From: Basidiobolus meristosporus CBS 931.73
Taxonomy: Eukaryota; Fungi; Basidiobolomycota
Reading direction: 5' to 3'
Length of the DNA stretch: 64,000 nt
NCBI GenBank assembly: GCA_002104905.1
Contig: MCFE01000390.1
Location: 1 to 64,000 of the forward strand
Below are positions 36,361 to 49,732 of this stretch, piece after piece (the first letter of the stretch is position 1; each line of letters starts with the position of its first letter). Both the position numbers and the translations under genes were made by a program. Below the pieces are notes generated by a model. The model did not search any database. It was given only the letters and a program-made list of their open reading frames with translations, and was not told the origin of the DNA.

Positions 36361-38014
36361 ATAAAGCAAGGAAAGCACTATTCTGAGCAACATAAGTAAG
36401 ATTGAGTAAAATTACCAGTAACTGTATCATACCACTGGCATCATGGTAGAAATTATAGTGCCAGATAGTGCCGTAGGGTGCCAGATCAATCCAGCACTAT
36501 AAACAGGCTGGCACTATGTGGCACTATCCAACGGAACAAGTCTAATATATCTGTTTCTGTCTGATAAGGATCTGCTGAATTATCTGCTGACTAGTACTAC
36601 TGATTTCATAGATAACACTGATATACTGACCAGCTAAACATAAACTAATTGATTTAACTAATAACTAATCTAACTTAAACAATTAAGCAGTAAATCATAA
36701 CAAGAGTATGCAATTGGTGGAGTACTGAACCAATTTGTGTATTCTCTCAAATGGTTGTTCAGGCTTCAGGAGAAAGAGTTCAACAATCCTCTGTGGTTGG
36801 CCCTGGTTGATCTGACAAATTGGGCATGTTTTCACTAACTTATGAATTTTTTGTTTTATTCTAGGACATCATGCTCAGGCTTTTACAGGGATATAAGTTC
36901 CTGAAATTCTAAGATGTCCATATCCATTATGTAGCTTATGTATTGAATCTAGGCAAGCAGCATAAGGGCAATAGCCAATAGGGCTTCCATCAGCAATTTG
37001 GCAGAGTATTTTATCCTGTACTGCAAACTTGCTGGCTTCATCCTGGATAATCTTCTTGATCTCTTCATCCACGTCATTAGTAATAGCTTTGTCCTCCAAG
37101 TACTTTGGTAATAAGCTAGGCCTATCTAATTCATGCACCAATTTGAGTTATACAACTTGCTCTAGTCATAATAAGGTATTATTAACTGTGTTGTTTTTCC
37201 CAGGGCAGTAAGCAATCTCCAAGTCAAATTGCTGCGCATATTCACTCCATCTTGTCATTATTCTGGATAGTACCTTCTGAGTAAGCACATACTTGAGTGA
37301 GGCATGATCAGTCCTCACAGTTCACTTTACTTCTTCAATGCAGCATCACCAGGTCATGAAGCAGTTTATTAATGCCAGCATCTCCTTCTCATGCATTGGA
37401 TAGTTTTGTTCTGCAGAGTGCAGCTTCTTGGACTCAAAGCAGCTGGGTAGTTCTTTCCCTCATATTCTTGTCTCACTACTCCGCCAATTGCATTGTCTGA
37501 GCATCTGTAAGCAGAGTAAGCTCTATTCTGAAGTCTGTTATTCTTAAGCTTGGCAGCTGAGCAAGTTTACTCTTGAGCATCTGAAAGGCAGTCCCACCAA
37601 CTATGTCCCACTTCAAGGTGGTGTCTTTCTTGAAAATACCAGTTAAAGGAGCTGCAATACTTGCAAAGGACTTGACAAATTTCCAACAACAGGAAGCCAT
37701 TCCAACAAATGATCTGAGTTCTGATATGCTATGGGTCTGCTTCAGATTCTTGATTGCTTCAACCTCCTTAGGGTCTAAGGTCACTCCTGTGCTAGTCACT
37801 ATGTATCCTAGGTATCTGACATGTTCCTTCAAGAATTCACACTTTGCCAGCATGACACATAGCTTGTTCTCTCTTTGCTTCTTTAAGACCATTCTAATAT
37901 GCTCCAAGTGGTCCTCTTCTCTGTTGCTGTATATCATTATGTCACTTGGATAATTTACCACAAACCTATCTAGGTACTCCTGAAAGACTGTTAGCATCAA
38001 GGTTATGAATGTTG

Positions 38015-41000
38015 TGTTGTAAAAGTCTTGGAGCCATTGGAAGCAATTGGAAGGACAAGTTGATTATGTGGTTGTCACTTAATGATTCATTGAATGTAAA
38101 AGTGGCATTTATACTTTTACAGGGTCTTGGCATAACAAAAGCATAGAACAGGTCAACAAAAGTCCCAGGAATATGTGTGGAAAATTTGGGGCAACGTGGA
38201 TAACTTTGGGAATTTTCATGTTCTGGGTATCTGATATTTTGGTAAAAATATTCCAAGTAAATCCCAACTAGGAATTTGGTCAGTATTTTCTAGGGTCTGA
38301 AGGTAATGATCTAAGTGAAAATTAGGTCAATATTTAGGTGGAATTACAAATTATTACAATACTCCCACTCAGCTAAATGCTCATATTGACTAGTCCTAAT
38401 TTTGACCTAAAATATTCAGACTTGTTTCCAGCTAATGGTTTGGTAAATATGTTTGCTCTCATTTCATCTGAGAGAGAGTAAACTAAGTTAATCAAGGTAT
38501 TCTCTATAGCTTCACATATGAAATGATGTCTAATATCCATGTGCTTAGTTCTTGCATGAAAAGCTGAATTTCTACCTTATTGTATACATCCTTGAATACC
38601 TTGAAATAAAGTGATAGATGTTTCTTGCCATAGGCCTAAATCTGCCAGAAGCTTCCTTAGTCACACTGCTTTTTCTGTAGCTTCACAGGCTGCCATATAC
38701 TCTGCCTCTGTGGTAGAGAGTGCTGCAGTTGGTTGCATTCTTGAATTCCATGAAAATGCCCCTTGACAGAAAAGAAATGTGCAACCTGTGGTGGATCTTC
38801 TTTCTTCTAGAACTTGTCCCTAAACAACATCAGAATACCTTGCAATATCCTGCTCTGAGTCCTTATAGGCATATCTTAAGCAGATATCAGCAGCTCCTTT
38901 GATGTCTCAAAAAATCCACTTAACTGCTGCTATATTATCAGATCCATAGTTCTGATTATATTGGCTGACAACTCCCACCAAATATGAGATATCTGGATGT
39001 GTGCCAAGTATGATATATATCTGACCACCAGCCATAGATTGATAAGGAAAGTCAGGGCTTTCAGGCAGCACCAAGCTCTCTTGATTTGGCTAAGTTATAA
39101 CTAAGTCAAGGCTTGTCTCCATTGAGGTATCTGCTGGTTTGCAGTCTTCCATTTAGTACTTCTTTAGTATATCTTGAGTATGCTTGGATTGGCTTAAGTT
39201 GATTGTCTGGGTATTTCTGTCTACAGAGAACTTAATCCCTAAGCAGTAACTGAGTTTTCCTAGATTGGACATCTTGAACTCTTTAGATAAGCTGGATTTA
39301 GTCTCTTCCAATGTTGCTAGGTTATTTGCGGCTATAATATGATCATCCTCATATAGAGCTAATAGAGCTAGATATGTTCTATCAGCATATTGTATATGCT
39401 ATTATCAGCATTACTCCTTCTGAAACTCAAAGATTCCAAAGAAGCTATCTTGCAATTTCAAGCTTTTGGTGATTATTTGAGACCATATAGAGATTTTTTA
39501 AGCTTGCAGACCAAATGAGGGATATCTCAGTCAAAAAAATCCATCAGGCTGGTTCATATACATGTCTTTAGTAAGTTCTTCATTCAAAAGTGCAGCTTTT
39601 ACATCCATTTGATGAATAAAAACTTATGTTTAGCTGCAATAGCCTACATCAATCAGATGGAACTATATTTGACTACTGGTACAAAGGTCCTAGTATAGTC
39701 AAGCCCTTTTGTTTGAGAGTATCCTTTGGCCACAAGTCTTGCTTGGTATCTTTCAATTGAACCATCAGCCTTGTATTTTTTCAAAAAAACTCATTTGCAT
39801 CCAGTTGATTTTTGGTTGACTGGAACTTGACCAAGTCCCAAGTTTGATCTTCCATCAAGGCCTTATATTCCTCAGTCATTGCAGATCTCCAAGACTTTAT
39901 TTGAGGGCTATTTAGGGCCTCTTTTACAGTCTGGAGCTCATCAATATGAACTGAATAGGCAAAGGCTAAGTTTGTACCCTCATTGATGTAGTAATTTGGG
40001 ATATTTCTTCTCTGGTTGGACCTCAGGACATTTGATACTGGAATGATCACTTCTAGGGTACTCCTGAGTCCCAGTTCAGGCTGAGCCACATCTCTAGAGT
40101 CCTCTGAGGTGAAAAAGTCTTCATTGTGTTGCTCTGATTCAATCCTGACTATTGGTGGACTTGAGATCAGATTTTTTGCATCATCTGATGTCATTTTTTG
40201 TGAAATTTTGAGTTTTATCAAACAACACATCCCTGGACTTGATTGGCCTCTTTACTTTGGCATTGTAGAGTCTGTTTGTCTTACTGTTGTTGTGTTAACC
40301 CAAAAATATGCATTCTACACTTTGTGGCTTAAATTTTTACTGATTTCTAGGCAGTTTCTTCGCATATGCTGTACACCCAAATATTCTTAGATGTTCTGCA
40401 CTTAGTTGTTATCCATACTATGCTTCAAATGGTGTAGAATCTTGAAGTATTGTTTTAGGACTCCTCTTCTTAAGCTATACAGCTGTGGCAACTGATTCTG
40501 TCCAAAATCATAGGATAATGTTTGATCATGGATCATAGGTCCAGCCATAGCATTTATTGATCTGTTTGCATGTTCTGCTACTTCTTTTTGCTGTGGGGAG
40601 TATAATACAGTAGTCTCTTGCTTTATCTTATGAGTTTTGCAGAAGTTGATCAAGAGTTTTGAGGTGTATTCTCCCCCAGCAACTGATCATATTTTCTTGT
40701 ATTTTCACCAGTTTCTCTCTCCACCATTGCTTTAAACTCTCTGAGCTTTGACAGAGCATCTTCCTTTCTCTCCATGATGTAGTCCTATGGGTATCTTGTA
40801 TAATTATCAATAAAAGTAATTAAATACTTCATCCCTTCTAAGGATATATTTTGCATAGATCAACACAGATCTGAGTGAATTAGATCTACTTTTTCTTAGT
40901 TTTGATTAAGCCAGAGCTCTTGAACAGCTGTCAGGCTTGTTTCCCATATAAGCAAGCTTCACAGTGTTTCAAACTAGATGGGGGAGCAATATTTACTCTG

Positions 41001-42897
41001 GAAACTAGCTGTTCTTTAATCATTTTGGCCAAATAATCAAAATTAATGTGTCCAAATCTGATGTACCAGAGCATTGGTGTTTCTTCATTCAAGTTACATA
41101 TACTGACTTCCTGATACAATGGAATATAAGCTACCTTATACAGATTCCAATCTCCAATACCCAAAGTAATATAAGCACCACTTGGATCAGTGATCCAGCA
41201 TCCTCAATTGTTAAAGCTGAAACCAAGTTTTTCTGCTGTGGGCTTGCTTACAGATAATGGGTTCTTGGCCATTTCTGGTATGTAGAGTACTTCTTTAAAG
41301 GTTGATATATGCCTTCTTTTACTGCTGCTGAGGTTTATTTGGATAGTCCCTTCTCCCACTACATCAAGTGTTCAATTGTCACCCATGAAACCATCTTAAT
41401 TGGAATTTCTTGGTATTGGGTAAAACGTTCATTTTGGTGTGTAAAGAGTTGAGATGCTCCAGAGTCAATATACCATGTCAGAGAATCCTTGTTTGTGGTC
41501 ATATTTAGTGCAGATGTGAGTAGTCTATCTTCAGTTGTTGCTGCACTTCCATATTCAGGCTTCTTTTGCTGATCATCTCTCATTTTGAGACACTGGTCTG
41601 ATGTGTGTCCTTTCCTTTTGCAGTAGTTGCAATACAGGTTGCTGTTGCTTCCATAGGGTCTTGGGTACCTTGTTTGTTGATGATCATTGCTTTTTAAAGA
41701 AATTTCTTCTTTCTTCTTATTGGTGCTTGATTATCTTAATTCTTTGTCCAGAAGCCTTTGGTATACATAATTTATGGACAAATGTTCAGTTCTGGACTTT
41801 AAGGCTGATGTAAGACTCTGAAACCTGTCTGTTAGGCTGTTCAGGATGGTAAATGTCACATCTGCATCAGTAGTTGGTATGCCCACATATTCCATTTCAT
41901 CCAGCAGCAGAGTAACTCTGTTAATTGAATTTTTCATTTCTTCTCCTGGCTGCATCTTTGTAGTAAAGAAATTCTGTCTAGATACACTTCTTAGCAGCTA
42001 AACATGACTGGTAGGTGTCTTCTAATGTCTTACAGGCATTCTTTGCTGTTTATGCTCTTGAGCATTGAATTAGCAATTTGTCTTTGACATTAAGGCATAT
42101 GCAGTTAAAGGCACTTTGTTTTTTCTTCTGGTACCTTAAAGATTCCTTTTCCAGGTTATTAGGAGTGTACCCTTCTCCCATCTCACTATCCCAAAGGCCT
42201 CTTTCATGTAGCAGCATATTCATCTTCACCTTCCACACTTGGAACTTAGATCCATACAACTTTTCAGCAGAGGGAAATATGCCAGTAATAGCAGTAGTAG
42301 ACATTGCAGAGAGTGACAGCTTGGGGCTCATAGCCTGTTGTAAAAGTTTTGGGAATATTGCAAGTGAATGGGAGAACAAGTAGATTATGTGGTTTTCACT
42401 TAATAAAATATTGAATGTGAAGGTAGTATTTATACTTTACATGGTCTTGGCATAACATACACATAAGACTTGTTCCATTGTGCCATTGATCATAGTGCCA
42501 GAAAGTGCTGTATATTTTGCTATTGATTTGATATTTTAGGGTCATATGCATGTCAATTTTGATCCCAAATTGGCACTGTATGGCACTATCTGGCACTCTG
42601 TGGCATGATCAGGCAACATCTGGCATGCTATGGCACTATTGGGCACTATGATCAGCTGGAATGATGGAACAAGTCTATAGAATAGGTTAATAAAGGTCCC
42701 AAGAACATGTATGGAAAGTTTGGGACTGCTTGGACAACTTTGAGAATTTTCATGTTCTGGGTATCTGGTATTTTGGTAAAAATATTCCAAGTAAATCCCA
42801 ACATGGAATTTGGTCAATATTCCCTAGGATTTAAAGGTCATGATCTAAGTGACCAAGTTAGGTGAATATTAAGGTGGAACTACAAATTTCTACAACA
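38015..42897 (-). mobile_element. Near full-length degenerate Copia-A with both LTRs (38015-~38360 and 42336-42897)
   Basis: Colinear with the intact copy; flanks tgttg/tgctt are consistent with a decayed 5-bp TSD in host gaatgttgcagggg. Confidence 0.85.
42466..42676. mobile_element. 211-bp MITE of the PHIS family, TSD ATA
   Basis: Reverse complement of 27749-27960; ata on both sides; LTR sequence resumes gaatagg. Confidence 0.9.
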
Positions 42898-43544
42898 TGC
42901 TTCAGGGGCAATGATAGGGCCAAAACCCATGACTAAGTACTTGTTGTATCCATATCTGATCCTGAATGCTTTATTAGGGATATCTTCTGGCTTCACCCTT
43001 ATTTGGCTGGCTCCTCACATGAGGTCAATCTTGCTGAATATAGTGACTTCATTGAGTTAGTCCAAAGCTCATTAATTGAAGGTATGGGGTACTTATTCCT
43101 CATCATCACTGAGTTGAGGGTTCTGTAGTCAGTGCACATCCTAAGTGCTCCATCCTTCCTTTTGACAAAATTTTCTGGTGCTCCCCAAGGTGCCTTGCTG
43201 GGTCTGATGTATCCTTGCTCTAATAACTGATCTATTTGTCTCTTCATTGCTTCCAACTCCAATGGACTCATTCTGTAAGGTGTCTTACTCACTGGAGGGC
43301 TATCTCCTGTGTCATTTGCATAACACATATCTTTGACTGGTGGCAGGCTTACAAGTTCATCTGGTAACATGTATGAATATTGGATCAAAAGAGTGTGAGC
43401 CTTCTTGGGTGCTGCAGTAGAGAAATCCTCCTTTAATACTGCCCTAAAGAACTTTTGGGTACCTTTTCTAAGTGCTCTACAGAATTGTGTTTTGCTACAC
43501 TGATTTGTTTTACACATACTGGAATTGACCAAGCTGAAATCCAG

Positions 43545-45420
43545 GCTTACCCACTACTACCTTGGGTGTTCCACATATAGCTCAAATCAAAAAAAAACTA
43601 TGGCCTCCTGCTTACTAACCTCTACAAATATGCACACCTGCTGCAATTGATATACTTCTATCACCTCAACTTAACAGCTTTTTAGTGTGATACTTGCAAA
43701 GTTGCCATATACCTTGTACTGCTGGTAACATATACATCTTCCAAATATATGCTTGGTTGTTGCCACTTCTGCCATGAATACCTCCTAATATCAGCAAAGA
43801 ACCTTTTTGTATTTAACCAATATATTCCTTTTCCCTGCTGGTTTCCAGTCCCCTGCAATGCATCAGCACTGAGTATATCAAGGAGAAAGCTTAGTTCATT
43901 ACAAGAAGCAATCAGACAATGTAGCAGTGAAAGACCTGCCAGTGATAAGGGAAAAGGTAAAGGGAGAAATTTCTACCCAACCCTGAGTCAGGGAGGCATG
44001 CCAAAAAAACCCTAGTTCTTGACAATTAACACTGCAAGCCCAGAACAGACTAAATCCCATCATAGCCAAGAAGAGTTACCCACAAGAAAACAGCTGCTTT
44101 CATAAGAGTTGGAAGCGCAACCAGTTGAGCTTCACTACAGTAAGGTAGATGAGTGTGCAGAAAAAGGCAATTTGTCTACCACAGCCTCCACATCCTCCAT
44201 TGTTGACAGAGTGGGGATCCCGATGGTGAGCAAAGCATCAGTGTTTAGGGGTAAGAGGATGGTTATGATAGCCTCAATGAAATATTGGAGCAATACACTA
44301 TGAAAAATAATTTGGTCCCATGGGTGGATATGATCTGAATCAGCCATCAAGATTCCACAATGAGGCTATCATAAATACAGTAGCCTAGAACTATTGACCC
44401 TGTTTACAATTTTACAATAGAATTGTGATAGCGTTTTGCTGATTTGACTTATTTCAATAGAGGTACTTGTTGAGTGTGGGGTTGGGCTCAATGTTAGTGT
44501 ATGATATAGGGACTTGTGTAGGTCAATACCATGAGCAATTGAGGTACAACTAAAGTTTTGACAGAAATAAATCAATCTGTATGCATGAAAAGTAAGAGAA
44601 ATGGTTGTATCAGGCTGCTGTTTATTGCTGGTACCAATGTTACAAGTCTTGATATAATAGTTATAGTGGAATAGGGAGCTTAGATAGAATTGTATTCACT
44701 AAAACTTGAACTGATTTTTATCAAGGTACCAGCAGCTCCTTGTATATATTTTGCCAGATCAACTGCAGACTAATTGCATTTCCCAATGTTGGTGGTGGTG
44801 GATGACTCATTTGATTGCATCATCATCACCCAATTAAGTCCTGCTTAATATATCTGCTTCTGTCTGATAAGGATCTACTGATTTATCTGCTGGCTTATAC
44901 TACTGATTTGATAGATAACACTGATATGCTGATAGGCTAAACATAAAGCTAATTGATTGGACTAAAGCTGATGTAAGTTAAACTTTCAAGCAGTTGACCA
45001 TAACAAGCTCACTGCTGAATCCTGATGGCTGATCCAGATTGGGTCCATTGGTGGATTCCAATAATGTTTCAGAGGGCAGAGCTTATAGCACAGCTAGCTG
45101 AAAAATATTCCAGTAAGCAAAATGGGCTTACCAAAAAAAGCACTTCCTCTACTGCAGCCTACATGTTCTCAATCTCAGACAGAGTGGAGATCCCAATGGT
45201 GAGAAAAGCAATAATGTTGAGGAGTATGAGGATGGTGATGATAGCCTCAACAAAATGTTGGAGCAATACACTACAAAAAATAATTTGGTCCCATGGGTGG
45301 ATATGATCTGAATCAGCCATCAAGATCCCACAATGAGGCTATCATTAATATAACAGCTTAGTACTATTGACTCTGTTTGCAATTTTACAATAGAATTGTG
45401 ATAGTGTTTTGCTGATATGG
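43545..45420. repeat. Mosaic of a CACTA-linked fragment, unidentified-family ORF fragments and a Gypsy-B 5' LTR (44638-45005) with PBS remnant
   Basis: Homology to 7600-7900, 546-1237 and 4400-4550; gctggtaccaa before the LTR resembles the reverse-complement PBS. Confidence 0.65.
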
Positions 45421-45849
45421 CTGCTGAATTGGTCAGCATACTTGATGGTGTTTTGGTGGTCCTTTGGTGGGATTTGAGTGGTATTTAACAGTCTTGTTGC
45501 AGTCTACACTTATTTGAGCAGACTCAACTAGCTAGTACATGCAAATGCCATATATGAAAGAAAAACTTGCCAGTATGGCCTTGATGCAGACTTATGCTGG
45601 CATTGTTGTGGCAGTATTGCAGCCTACAGCTAGTCCTGTATAGTGTTATTGTACCAATCTCCCATATGGTATTTACTTTTTGCACCTTGCCTTGCACCAT
45701 TGATATATTCAATTGTAGATTCACCTCAAAATATTTGTTTACCTGCCACTGGTGTGGGAGATCCATAAATAGCTTGCACAACAATCTGCTATGGCCTCCT
45801 CCTAAGTAGTCTCTGCACCTGTGTACACATGCTGCAATATACACACTTT

Positions 45850-46990
45850 GTCACATCAGCTTTATGGCTTTTCAGTGTGATACCTGCCAGGTAGCTATAT
45901 TCTGTGTATTGCTGGTAACATATAAATAGGCCAAATACATGCCTGGTTGATACCACTTATGCCTTAAATACCAGTTGAATAAGTGCAAAATACCTTTTAA
46001 TACGCAGCCAATATAATACTCCTCCCTGCTGGAATCTCTTGCCCCTTGTAGATACACTCAGGTTCTTATTGCATGAACTCCTAAGGAGTGATATGAGAGT
46101 TGGCTTGCACCCAGGAGAAACTTGGCATACTTTGGTGAAGTTGTCCTAATACATTAGTTATTTGTCACACCTAACCTGGAATTTGCATTACTTAATTGAT
46201 TACCCATGCATAGGGGTTGCTTAGCTACTTAATGCCAAAGGGATAGGTATCTTCCTGTGCACATCTGTCCTCAGCATTTTTGTACTCTGCCTGGCTATCC
46301 TGTATAAGCCCACTCATCACATCTGTGATGGAGTTGAAGGCAATATTTTTGATGAAATTTGGATATGGAAGTACCTACAGCTTGACTTGTATTCCTATCT
46401 CCCCACACATCAACCCCATAGGAAGCTTCCAACAGGTGAGGCATGGCCCAAAATTCTCCATACACCAGTTCAGATGGAGTAGAGAATTGATGCAGTAGCA
46501 GCAGAGAGCTACAAATTCAGCTTTATGCCTGTAGTATAAAGACTCAACTCCCATGATAAATTCCAAGTGTAAAAGCTGTAGTTGCACCAAATTGGCATTG
46601 GTGATTTTTGTCTAAATAGATTTGCCTACAATATGTAAATATGACTCCCAATGCTTCCAATGCATTCTGTGTAAAAGTTGCTTTAGAAGGCCACTAGAGT
46701 AAAGACATACCCAGTTCATCTGGTCCTTGCCTTTGTATTATTATATGTGAGTATTAGTAGTGATAGGAGCTCTTGAGAAATACCCTGCAATATCTAGCCA
46801 GCCCTTTCAAACTTTCTGGTATATCAAAGGGCTCATTTAGCATGAAGTACAGCATATACAACTTCATCAATAGTATGGGGACATTTCTGAGTTCCCTCAA
46901 TCATACATATATCTAGTTTTCAATTATTTCCATATTGTGGATGATGGCTCATTTGTTACTAGCTTTAATGCAACTGCATGCTGACCTCTG
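45850..46990 (-). pseudogene. Second degenerate CACTA/EnSpm-like transposase fragment
   Basis: ORF 46375..46590 (ENFGPCLTCWKLPMGLMCGEIGIQVKL) is homologous to 7116..7325. Confidence 0.65.
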
Positions 46991-49732
46991 TGCTGTAAGT
47001 GTCTTGGAGATATTAGCGGTAATTTGGAGAACAAGTAGACTATGTGGTTTTCACTCAATGATATATGTTGAATGTAAAAGTGGTATTGATACCTTTACAT
47101 GGTCCTAGCAAATCAAGTATAAAGAATAGAATCAGGATGGTCCTATGAACATATGCACAAGATGTGGGACTACTTGGACAGCTTTGAGAATTTTCATGTC
47201 ATGGGTAAAAGATATTTTGGTAAGAATATTGCAAGTAAATCCCAAGAAGGAATTTGGTGAGTATACTCATAAATATGAAGGTAATGATCTAAGTGACTAA
47301 GTTGGGGGAATATTTAGGTGAAGTTACAAATTTTTTACAACACTCCTGGTCAACTGAGTGCTCATACTGACTAGTCCTGATCTTGGCCTGAGATATTCAA
47401 ACTGGTCTCTAGCCAACAATTTGATAAACATGTATACAATTGTTTCATCTGTAGAATAGTAAGCTAAGTTAGCCAGGTTGTGCTCTATAGCTTCATTTAT
47501 GAAATCATGTCTAATATCTATGTGCTTAGTTCTAGCATGAAAAGTTGGATTTCTACCTAATTGTTTACATCCTTGATTTTCTTGAAATAAAGCAATAGGT
47601 GGCTTTTTGACATAAGCCTAAATCTTCAAAAGCATCCTTAACCTCATGGCTTTCTTTGTAGTTTCACAGGCTGCTATATACTCTGCCTATGTAGCAGAAA
47701 GTGCTACAGAGGGTTGCTTTCTTGAATTCCATGAAATCACTCCTTTAAAGCAGAGAAAGGTGTATCCTGTGGTGGTTCTGCTGTGTTCTAAATTTTGTCC
47801 CCAACCAGCAGCAGAGTATCCAGCAAGATCTTGCTTTGAGTTATTATAAATGTACCTTAAGCAGATATCAGTGGCTTCTTTTAGGTATCTAGATATTTGC
47901 CTAACTGCCGCAATATGATCAGATCCATAGATCTGATTTTGCTGGCTGACAACTCCCTCCAAAAACAAGATATCTGGATGTGTTCTAAGCATAATACACA
48001 TCAGATTGCCAACCATATATTGATGAGGAAAGTTGGGTTTTTCAGAGGGCACCAAGTTGTCTTGACTTGGTTGAGTTTTGGCCAATATAAGGTTTGTCTC
48101 CATTGGGGTACTAGTGGTTTACAGTCTTCCATTTGATAACTCTTTTGTACATCTTGCATATACCTGGATTGGCTTAGAGTAATAGTCTGTGTACTTCTGT
48201 CTATGGAGAACTTTATCCCTAAGTAGTAACAGAACTCCCCAGCTCAGACATGTTGAACTCTCTAGATAGGCTGAATTTGGTCACTTCCAATGTTTCTAGG
48301 TTATTGATGGCTACAATAACATCTTCCATATATAGTGTTAATAGAACTGGACTTGCTCTATCAGGCTTATAGTATATACTTTAGGTAGCATTAATTGTTT
48401 TGAAACTCAAAGATTCTAAATAAGAGTGTATTTTGAAATCCCAGGCTTTTAGTGATTGATTTAGTCCTTATAGAGAATTTTATGCTTGCATACAAAATGG
48501 GGGTATCTTGGTCAGAAAACACATTAGGCTGGACCATATACATGTTCTCATCAAGTTTCTCATTCAAAACTGCAGTACTTGCATTAATTTGATGTTTAAT
48601 AAACTTATATTTGATTGCAATTGCCAAAATTAATTCAATGGAATTAAGCTTGGCTACCAGTGCAAAGTTCTGAGGGTAGTCAGGTCCTTTTGTCTGATAG
48701 CATCCATTGGCCACAAGTCTTGCTTTGTATCTTTTGGATGTGCCATAAGCCTTGTATTTTGTTTCAAAGTCACATCTGTATCCAATTGATTTTAGTTGAT
48801 TGGTAATTTGACTTAGTCTTAAGTTCAATTTTCCATTGGGGCCTGATATTCCTCAGTCATTAAGACCTCTAAAACTTTGTGCAAGGGCCATTTAGGGCCT
48901 GTTTTACAGTCTAGGGCTCAGCATTACATACTGAATAGGCATAGGCTAAGCTTGTACTCTCATTGATATAATTGCTTGGGCTATTTCTTGGCTGGTAGGA
49001 TCTGCTGGCATTTGATTCTGGAGTTATCACTTCTGAGATATTCCTGGGCACTGATTCAGGCTGACCCATAGTTTTAGGGACCTCTTCAGTGAGAATACTG
49101 TCACTATTATGCTCTGATTTAATCATGACAACTGGTAGACTTGATATCAGATAATTGTAACCATCTGGTGTCATTTTTGGTAAAAATTTGAACTTTCATC
49201 TTACAACAGATTGCTAGACTTGATCAGCTTCTTTGCCTTGGTATTGCAGAGTCTGTATGCCTCACTCTGATTGCACTAGCCAAAATATTCATTTCACTCT
49301 TCCTAGCTCAAATTTTGACTGATTTCTGAGCAGTTTCTTGGCATATGCTCTACACCAATGTATTCTTAGCATTTCTGCACTTGGTCTGTATCTATACAGT
49401 GCTTCAAATGGAGTAGGATCACAAAGTTTTCTTTGAGACTCTTACTTTTGAGGTAAACAGCTGCACCAACTGTTTCTGCCCAACAGTTACAAGATAATCT
49501 TCGATAATGGATCATAGATCATGCCATATCATTTATTGATATGTTTGCATGGTCTGCTACTCCATTTTGCAGTAGGGAGCCTATCTTCAGTTGGTGCAGC
49601 ATATCAATATTCAGGCTTTTGCTGCTTATTATCTCACTTTTTGAGGCACTGCTCTGATGTGTGTCCCTTCCTTTTGCAGTAGTTGCGAAACAGGTTGCTG
49701 TTGCCTTTGTAAGGTCTTGGGTACCTCCTTTG
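46991..49732 (-). mobile_element. Degenerate Copia-A 3' part with 3' LTR (46991-47342)
   Basis: ORFs 47687..48103, 48391..48828 and 48911..49174 align to the intact copy. Confidence 0.85.

Larger units (their letters stand above)
33111..36543. mobile_element. Putative autonomous PIF/Harbinger-related (PHIS) DNA transposon, 3433 bp, TSD AAT
   Basis: TIR agacttgttcc/ggaacaagtct; aat on both sides; empty site cctacttaatatatct in the LTR-B copy at ~27400; two divergent ORFs; subterminal ggcacta/tagtgcc repeats. Confidence 0.9.
32899..36702 (-). repeat. Gypsy-B LTR split by the PHIS transposon
   Basis: LTR-B sequence at 32899-33110 resumes at 36544 and ends atcataaca. Confidence 0.85.
36730..43540 (-). 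pseudogene. Degenerate Gypsy-B pol (36730-38014 and 42898-43540) split by a Copia-A insertion
   Basis: ORFs 36875..37141, 37476..38000 and 42999..43532 (KTPYRMSPLELE...LRMCTDYR); RT sequence resumes after the insert. Confidence 0.85.

Noticed and set aside
45015-45330. Possible MITE with gatggctgat(c/t)cagat inverted ends
   Set aside because: The repeats are short and imperfect, there is no TSD, and both ends are pieces of the unidentified repeated family
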